A stretch of 64,000 nt of DNA from the NCBI GenBank assembly GCA_010909165.1, contig MU008157.1, forward strand, positions 124,001 to 188,000. Reading direction: 5' to 3'. Each line of letters begins with the position of its first letter. Positions within the stretch are counted from its first letter, which is position 1. Made by a program: the position numbers and the translations under genes. Below, in pieces: positions 55,982-64,000 of the stretch. The DNA comes from Anthoceros angustus. Its lineage: Eukaryota > Plantae > Anthocerotophyta. The notes below the pieces were generated by a model that saw nothing but the letters and a program-made list of their open reading frames with translations, was not told the origin of the DNA and did not search any database.

Positions 55982-56229
55982 GCTTAGAGAGGACTCTTAG
56001 AGATTAGTGGTCTGTAAGAATCCTTTGAGTTAACAGCTGCCTAGTTAAGGCGAGTCTGCGGGATATATGGGAGCGAGAGCAAAGGCTTTGAAAAATCATC
56101 ATCATTCACTTTATGATGCGCTACAAGCCTTGTGTTGAGAGAGCTGTAGAGAGCTTGAGCTAGTGAGTTTGAGCTAGTGAGCTTGTCCTTGAGTCAAGGG
56201 CAGTAGCTAGTTGGGCGTAGATAGTGGCG

Positions 56230-59200
56230 GTACCTTGTGGTATTGGAGCACTTCATTGATCAGGTCCTGTACCAATGGATCTCGCAGATAAGCTTCCTTG
56301 ATTTACATGTGAGTGTCCCTTAGCTCAATCACCATCTGTGTTGTAGCTAGCTTTGGTCTCTTTAGCGTAAAAGCAGTTATTAAACTTAAACTTTGCTAGT
56401 AACTCAAGGCATTTGTCACAAGATTCTCTTTCTCTGGCTTGTACTTGATAGACACATCGTACATTGCTAGGAAATTTTGCCATCTAGCTTGTTTAGCACT
56501 TAGTCACAAACTGATTAGTAAAAAAGCTCGTGCTTATAATCATTTTCTTTTCATGAGTGGGGTACTTCTTTTCATGTTCATGCAGCTTCCTTAGTCGCAA
56601 CAGATTAGTAAAAAAGTTCGTGCTTACATTGTCTATGTATAACATAAAAAATCTTCCCAGAAGATAATATCTCCAAATCTTGAGATAATTGATGACGATA
56701 GTCATCTCCTTTTTATGAGTGGGGTACTTCCATTCATGTTCATGCAACTTCCTTGACTCGTAAGCCTATGGCCTATCTTCTTGCATAAACACTCCACCGA
56801 TTGCAATATCTGACACATCAATATATACTTTTATATCCTTCTTCGGATCATAGATTGCCAATACTGAGGTAGTGCTCAGTTTCATCTTTAGAAACTCGAA
56901 TGTTCTCTGACATTCTGTATTCCACTTCCTAGCCTTTGCTTTCTTCAAAAGATCAGTTAATGGGGCAGCAATCTTGGCAAACATCGGTACAAATCTTCTG
57001 TACACGCTAGGCAATCCCAAAAACATACTCACCTCGTGTACATTCTTTGGTGGCAGCCAACTCTATATGGCCTTTACCTTATCAGGATCCATTCCGATAC
57101 CATCTGCAGAGACAACGAATCCTAGAAAGTTTATTTCTTTCTTACCAAAGTCACACTTTGTTATAGCTAACAATAAAGAATTTGCTCTTAACTTCTCTAA
57201 CACTTTCCTTAATTGTTGGACATGCTCTTTCAAGGTAGAACGATATATCATGAAGTCATCCAAGTAGATCATAACACACTCATCCATTAGATTTCTGAAC
57301 ATAGTATTCATGAGTCTGAAACATGGCTGGTGCATTAATGAGTCCAAATGGCATGACCAGGAACTCAAGAGGATCCATATCTTGTTCTACAAGCAGTCTT
57401 ATATTCATGTCCTTCTACGATGCAAATATGATAATAGCCTGCCATTAAACCTGTGTTGGTGAAATACTTAGCACCTCTCAATCTATCAAACAAGTCATCC
57501 ATCCTTGGCAAAGGATATGAATTCTTCACTATTATCTGATTGAGTGCTTTATAATCCAAGCATAATCTCAATTCTTCTTGCACGTAAACAACACTGGCAC
57601 ACCAAATAAGGACTTAGAGATTCTTACATAGTCCCTGACTAGCAAGTTAGACATTTGTGTCTTCGCTTGTACTTGATAGACACATCGTACATTGCTAGGA
57701 AATTTTGCCATCTAGCTTGTTTAGCACTTAGTCACAAACCGATTAGTAAAAAGCTCGTGCTTATAATCATTTTCTTTTCATGAGTGGGGTACTTCTTTTC
57801 ATGTTCATGCGCCTTAGTCGCAATGCATTAGTAAAAAGTTCGTGCTTACATTGTCTATGTATAACATAAAAATCTTCCGTAAGATAATATCTCCAAATCT
57901 TGAGATAATTGATGACGATATAGTCATCTCCTTTTATGAGTGGGGTACTTCCATTCATGTTCATGCAACTTCCTTGACTCGTAAGCCTATGGCCTATCTT
58001 CTTGCATAAACACTCCAATTGCAATATCTCGACACATCAATATATACTTTTATATCCTTCTTCGGATCATAGATTGCCAATCGAGGTAGTGCTCGCCATC
58101 TTTAGAAACTCGAATGTTCTCGACATTCGTATTCCACTTCCTAGCCTTTGCTTTCTTCAAAAGATCGCTTAATGCAATCTTGGCAAACATCGGTACAAAT
58201 CTACACGCTTAGGCAATCCCAAAACATACTCACCTCGTACATTCTTTGGTGGCAGCCAACTCTATATGGCCTTTACCTTATCAGGATCCATTCCGATACC
58301 ATCTGCAGAGACAACGAATCCTAGAAAGTTTATTTCTTTCTTACCAAAGTCACACTTTGTTATAACAATAAAGAATTTGCTCTTAACTTCTCTAACACTT
58401 TCCTTAATTGTTGGACATGCTCTTCAAGGTAGAACGATATATCATGAAGTCATCCAAGTAGATCATAACACACTCATCCATTAGATTTCTGAACATAGTA
58501 TTCATGAGTCCAAACATGGTCGGTGCATTAATGAGTCCAAATGGCATGACCAGGAACTCAAGAGGATCCATATCTTGTTCTACAAGCAGTCTTATATTCA
58601 TGTCCTTCTACGATGCAAATATGATAATAGCCTGCCATTAAACCCAGGTTGGTGAAATACTTAGCACCTCTCAATCTGTCAAACAAGTCATCCATCCTTG
58701 GCAAAGGATATGAATTCTTCACTATTATCTGATTGAGTGCTTTATAATCCAAGCATAATCTCAATTCTTCTTGCACGTAAACAACACTGGCACACCAAAT
58801 AAGGACTTAGAGATTCTTACATAGTCCCTGACTAGCAAGTTAGACATTTGTGTCTTCAGTTTTACCTCATCCTACGACAATCTATAAGGTGCTCTTGAAG
58901 GCAGTGTACTTCCTAGCTTCAGATCAATTTCATGATCTACAATTCTTCTAGGAAGTAAAGGAGTCAACTCATCAAGCATTAAGTCCTAGAACTCATTCAA
59001 GACAGCTTACTGTACTTCCCTTGGAATCTTTGACTGCTCTTGAGACTAAATCTCAAGACTGTCTTCTAGTCCTTGCAGCACAAGTAAAAAGAGTTCCTCT
59101 CCATCTTTTATACAACGTTTGAGCTCTTTCTTAGAGATGATATCATCAATATTATCTCCAAGCCCCTACTTGAGAACTGCACAACTCACTTTGTACTCTT

Positions 59201-59545
59201 CATCTCCTAAGATCTGTATGGTGTGTGAGTCCATGTTCACACATACCTTATTGAACTTTATCCATTCTAAACCCAAGATGATTTCATGATCATCCATATC
59301 TACAATTATGAAGCTCACAGCTCCTTTTAAATTCCCTATCTGCAAAGGCACTTCTTGCAATTCACCTCTGTATTGCAGCATTTTTTAAGCTTGTTTCACT
59401 CTACATGGCTCAGATGTACTAGCCCATGTCAAACCAAGCTTGCTTGCCTTGCTAGGAGAAATGAAATTATAAGTTGTTGCTAAGTCAAGCAATATCCTCG
59501 CTTCTGCTCCATTTACACATTCATGTATGTACATGAGCTCTCCAC
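56230..59545 (-). mobile_element. Degenerate Ty3/gypsy pol (protease-RT-RNase H)
   Basis: [92 protein letters not shown]; stops and frameshifts. Confidence 0.92.
56437..58857. repeat. ~1.2-kb tandem duplication (56437-57664 and 57665-58857); second copy indel-rich, probably an assembly artefact
   Basis: Both copies start gcttgtacttgatagac and end acatttgtgtcttc. Confidence 0.9.
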
Positions 59546-59569
59546 CCGCCCTCCGGATAGTGTCCTCTA

Positions 59570-59670
59570 CGACATTTTGAGACTCACCACATGCAGACTT
59601 CGCAACATGTGACTCACCACATGCAACCTTCGCACATGTGACTCATCACATATACCCTTTGTGACATGTG
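59570..59670. repeat. ~29-30-bp diverged tandem repeat
   Basis: acatgtgactcaccacatgca...ttcgc-like unit x3. Confidence 0.65.
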
Positions 59671-60475
59671 GCCGATCCCGTCACTTGGGGGATCCTCAGA
59701 TTCGGCCACTTCCGTGGTCCTGAGTCTTCGAGGCTGTGGATCTCCTTCTACTACATTGAGAGTCTATTCAGTATTCGAGCATTCATTTACATAATGTTCC
59801 GTGATACGGCACGTTTCAGGATTGTAGCATAGAAATTGAACCCTGTTTACTTCTCTATCCTTGGTACATATACAGTCGCTTGGTCCAAGCTAAGAAGGCC
59901 ACGTATAGGTGTTTGTTTCTTGTCCGGTATTTGGGTTGGTTAGGCGTTTGGCCGTTAATTTTGGTGGATAGGTTGGTTGGGTGTTACCTGTTCATTTCTA
60001 TATACTTATCCTATTTTATTGTATTTGTCCTATTTATTAAGAATCTTACTTAATTTATCTATAAATAATCTATTTATTGAGCATATAGTCTATTCGTCTA
60101 AGAATATAGCTATAACTATTTAATTTTCCTATTCACGAAAGAGGTACCTGCTACTTGGTTCCTGCCGTTCAGTCTGGATCTGGCTAAAAACAGCTTCGTT
60201 TCCGTAACATTGGAGAGCGCGAGATGGCCATGGGTCTACGCTCTGCATCATTCTCCCCCACTAAGGGTGGCCTAGTCCTCCTGGCCTGTCGCAATTTGTG
60301 CCTGCAAGTGAAGAAATTGAGAGCAAAAGGATTCGGGCTCCCATGTAGCATTACTATCTGGCTCACCACTCCATGCCACAAGGAAATCCGTGACGCGCCT
60401 CATTCGGAGCTGTCGATCGTAGCGCTGGAGAATGCGCTCTGGGTGACGAGTTATGTAGGAATTGGGGTGGTTACT

Positions 60476-61720
60476 CTAAGCATTTGGGCTAGGGCTAATG
60501 GGAGCAAAAGTGCTAGGGTCGAGGGATGTCATATGGGCAGAGTCACTGGATGCTGGATTGTTGCTTAGGATGTGGGCAGAACTGCTGGAATTGGAGGGTG
60601 GGTTGTTGTAAGAAGAACTCACGGCTGGGCTTATGGGGTGCTGCAGGCTAGGTCGGCGGGGAATCCACTGCTTCAACATAGAGACATGGAAAGTCCTGCA
60701 AAGGGGCCAATCCGCAGGTAACTCCAGTTGATAGGCGACTGGATTCACATGCTTTGCAATTCGAAATGATCTGCAAAGCGAAAGGCCAACTTCTCCCGTT
60801 GGATGAGTGAAGGGTACCTGTATGGTTTCAGCCTGAGCCAAAATAATTGGCCGATGTTGTATCTGACCTCACAGCAGTGGACGCTGGCTGATTTACAAGC
60901 CCGAGCTTATGCTGCTTGAAGCTTATGTCTGGCCAACTTAACATCGTGCGATACGTCTTCAACCACTTCAGCGGCGCTCCTCCAACGTTCCTGGCTATGA
61001 GGCCTCAACCCTGGGGCTGGAGGAGTCTCTCCATACAACAATTTAAAGGGAGTTACCCCCGTTGCCGAATTGTTTGAAAGAATTGTAAGCATACTCTACT
61101 ATGGGAAGAAGCTCCTCCCACTTGGTCTGCTTCTCGTTTGTGAAATGCCGCAACATGTCCTCTAGGACTTGATTTTGTTTTTTTGATTGCCCATCGAATT
61201 CTGGATGATAGGCAGATGACATACTTTGCTTGAGACCTAAGGATTCGGTAAATGTGCGCCAGAACCCTGATGTAAAGGAAGTCATGGAAATCATGCAATA
61301 TTGAGTGCTGAACCTCTGTAAGTTGGGAGGGAATCATCAATCTACCCTTGCGATATATACAAGCATCTCTCAGGGTATATTCTTGTGTGAGAGCTATAGG
61401 GATACCAGCTATAGCATCTGCTAAGAGCTGGTTATACAGTTGCTACAAGGTTGCATCATGGCCCGCAATAGGGGAGTCATGGAAATCATGCAATATTGAG
61501 TGCTGAACCTCTGTAAGTTGGGAGGGTTTCATCAATCTACCCTTGCGATATATACAAGCATCTCTCAGGGTATATTCTTGTGTGAGAGCTGTAGGGATAC
61601 CAGTTGTAGCATCTGCTAAGAGCTGGTTATACAGTTGCTACAAGGTTGCATCATGACATATACCTTCTCGAACTAATTGAATCATGTATGATTGTATTGT
61701 CATGAGTGTACAGGCCCGTC
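60476..61720 (-). mobile_element. Ty3/gypsy integrase fragments with an internal ~180-bp duplication (61280-61460 / 61475-61655)
   Basis: HDSPIAGH, FTSGFW, SSAYHPEFDGQ, WEELLPIVEYAYN, ATGVTPF.L.YG, AYQLELP...FHVSMLK. Confidence 0.85.
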
Positions 61721-61751
61721 TACTTAGTGCGTCCCCTATTGCGAGCCATTT

Positions 61752-62420
61752 TTGAGAAGGAAGTTGCTTGCAGAGTGTCATGATGTGCCAAGTACAGGTC
61801 ATCGAGGGATTGACCTAACTTATAAGAAGTTGAAAAAGTTGTTTTACTGGCATGGGATGTATAAGCATACTGTAGAGTATGTTAAATCTTGTGTAGACTG
61901 CCAGCAGGATAAGATGGAGCAGACAAATCCACGAGGTTTGTTGCAACGCTTGCCTATTCCAAGTGGACCTTGGAAAAGTATATCAATGGATTTCATTATG
62001 CCATTGCCAGCCAGTAATGGACAAACAACTATCATGACAATGGTTGATAAATTCAGGAAGCAAGTACATTGAATCCCTTCCAAGAAGTAAGTGAAAGCTT
62101 CTGAAGTTGCTCAATTATTCAAGAAGCTTGTATATGTGTTATATGGACTGCCTATGTAGATTGTGAGTAATAGAGATCCCAGATTTATTGCAAAGTTTTG
62201 TCAACAACTTACGAAGAGCTTAGGAGTGCATTTATGTTTGAGCACAGCGTATCATCCTGATATAGATAGATTAACAGAGAGGGTGAACAGAATCCAAGAA
62301 GAATACTTACAACACTATATACAGACGGACCAGTGAGACTGGAGTAATCTTGAGAACCGGATGCAGAGTTTTGTTATAATAACACTGTACATAGCTCCAC
62401 AGGCTATACACTTTTTCAGA
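61752..62420 (+). mobile_element. Ty3/gypsy integrase fragment in the opposite orientation
   Basis: HDVPSTGHRG...FYWHGM...YVKSCVDCQ...GLLQRLPIP..PW.SISMDFI..LP; RDPRF; STAYHP. Confidence 0.88.
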
Positions 62421-63744
62421 TGATGGATAATGAAGCAATGGACGTAGTTTCCATGTTGAATGCTGAATTGTTTGAGACAGCAGCAAGAGAACCACGTGAG
62501 TTTATTGAGCAATTGAAGGCTAGAACACGATAATTTTTGAAGGGGGTTAATAATCTCGAAGGGGGTTTTCCGCAAATAATCTCTGAAGGGGGTTTTTGAT
62601 GGGCCCTAAAACAGCGTTTTGAAGGCATTGCGAAAAACCAAAAAAGGGTGTCACCCAAGAAAGTTACTACTTTCCATCCAAAGAATGTTTGTGTCGAATG
62701 GTGGTCGCAAACTCGAACCTAGGGAATGATGCAAAGTAGGAACGGTGAGGAAGGCCGCTCGCAGGACGATCAGAACTCGCTTTTGGGATGGAAATGTGGT
62801 TTTGTTATGACACCACAAAAGCCACTATGTATTTCCAACACGTAAACATCAAGAACCGGACTTACAACATTAACTCGGGACCCCGAAAACGAGATTTCGC
62901 CACTCATCCCCGTAGTTCAATCCATCGTCATCACTTGGTCCAAATTTCTCCGCATTGTCATCACTATCTTCGCCGCACTTTGACTCGCAGTTGTATGAAG
63001 CCACGCAACTCGCAGAGCTTATCCCTTATCGCTTTTTGTCCACCGCATACGGATGTTTCCGTATGCTCAACACAAACCCATAATACAGATGACTGTTTCA
63101 TCTACAAATACCTCCTGTATGTTTTTAGGTAATGGATCTTATTCCCTTTTTCCCAAGATTGGACCGATGGGTTACCACCGCGACTATGTATTCCCGCACA
63201 TATCTCCCTTCATACGCATCTGTGCTCGGTCCGATACTAGTGGATAAGAAAGTGAGGTCGTGGTGCGTTTAGCTTCACGCCAATGACCTCCCAATCCGTA
63301 ATGGCCTAGTATGCGTGTCCGTATTGCACGGCACGCCGTAAACATCCCTCCTGATTTCGCTATGTCCCCATTCATCCGCCATTTCCCACAGCTTGCCTTC
63401 CCGCATTTTGATATGCCCCCAAATACATATCACGTGGAGGTCCTCAATAATGCCTCATCTAGCAAAGCTTCATCCGCACTTGAAGTGGTCAGTCAGATGA
63501 TCCACTTCTACACGTGAAAACCACTTCCAAGGACGTAGCACTAGCCCAATGTTATTCTCCACAATGATAGCAATCTCCTTCCGTCCACCCAAAAGGCTTC
63601 CCACCACTTGTACTCTTCAATACCATGGATGGACGCAAATCTTTTAACCCTTCCCGCAAATGGGCCACACCTTCCATCGGTGATAGGATACCCGCTGCCC
63701 TTCTTGTCCCCCTAGCTTCACCCATGCACCGTAGGATGGTGCAG

Positions 63745-64000
63745 GAGGGCGCCGACCGGCGCCTCCCCAAGATGCCCATGGCCGGCCGGCGCCTCCCCTA
63801 GCACACCGCCCATGGGCGCCGGCCGGCGCCCCTAGCACCCCGCCCATGGGCGCGGCCGCCGCGCCAACACGCCCGCCCATGGCGCGGCCGGCCGCCGCGC
63901 CCCTAGCACACTCGCCCATGGCCACGCGCCTCCCCAGCACACCGCCCATGATGGGCCACCAACACGCCCGCCGATGCATGGCCGGCCGGCCTCCCCTAGC
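63745..64000. repeat. GC-rich ~32-bp minisatellite running off the window end
   Basis: Variants of gcccatgg(g)c(g)cggccggcgcc(t)cccctagcacacc. Confidence 0.8.

Overview
This is gene-dense eukaryotic nuclear DNA with short GT-AG introns of about 70-130 nt. It is most consistent with a non-seed land plant, probably a hornwort, given a PAL gene, a PLS-PPR with a WW-type PG box and the centriole protein CEP135/BLD10. Genes in order: TPR+SET-domain protein, molybdopterin synthase large subunit (CNX6/MOCS2B, with a 1-nt frameshift), phenylalanine ammonia-lyase, PYROXD2-like FAD oxidoreductase, PAM16, PIG3-type quinone oxidoreductase, a PLS-E PPR editing factor with a head-to-head PPR pseudogene, a CRE-like retroelement remnant, an orphan ParB-like ORF, a subfamily-III (CHD7-like) remodeler, CEP135/BLD10, a GID8-like LisH/CTLH protein, an intronless bacterial-type glnT/gmaS gene and eIF2B-delta. 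A nest of Ty3/gypsy fragments and repeats follows from about 55.8 kb. The best candidate for a novel system is the intact gamma-glutamylmethylamide synthetase (GmaS/GlnT) homolog lying between two intron-containing host genes, which suggests a horizontally acquired methylamine/ethylamine (theanine-type) glutamylation capacity. All identifications come from motif recognition by eye; no searches were run, and exon boundaries are approximate unless stated.
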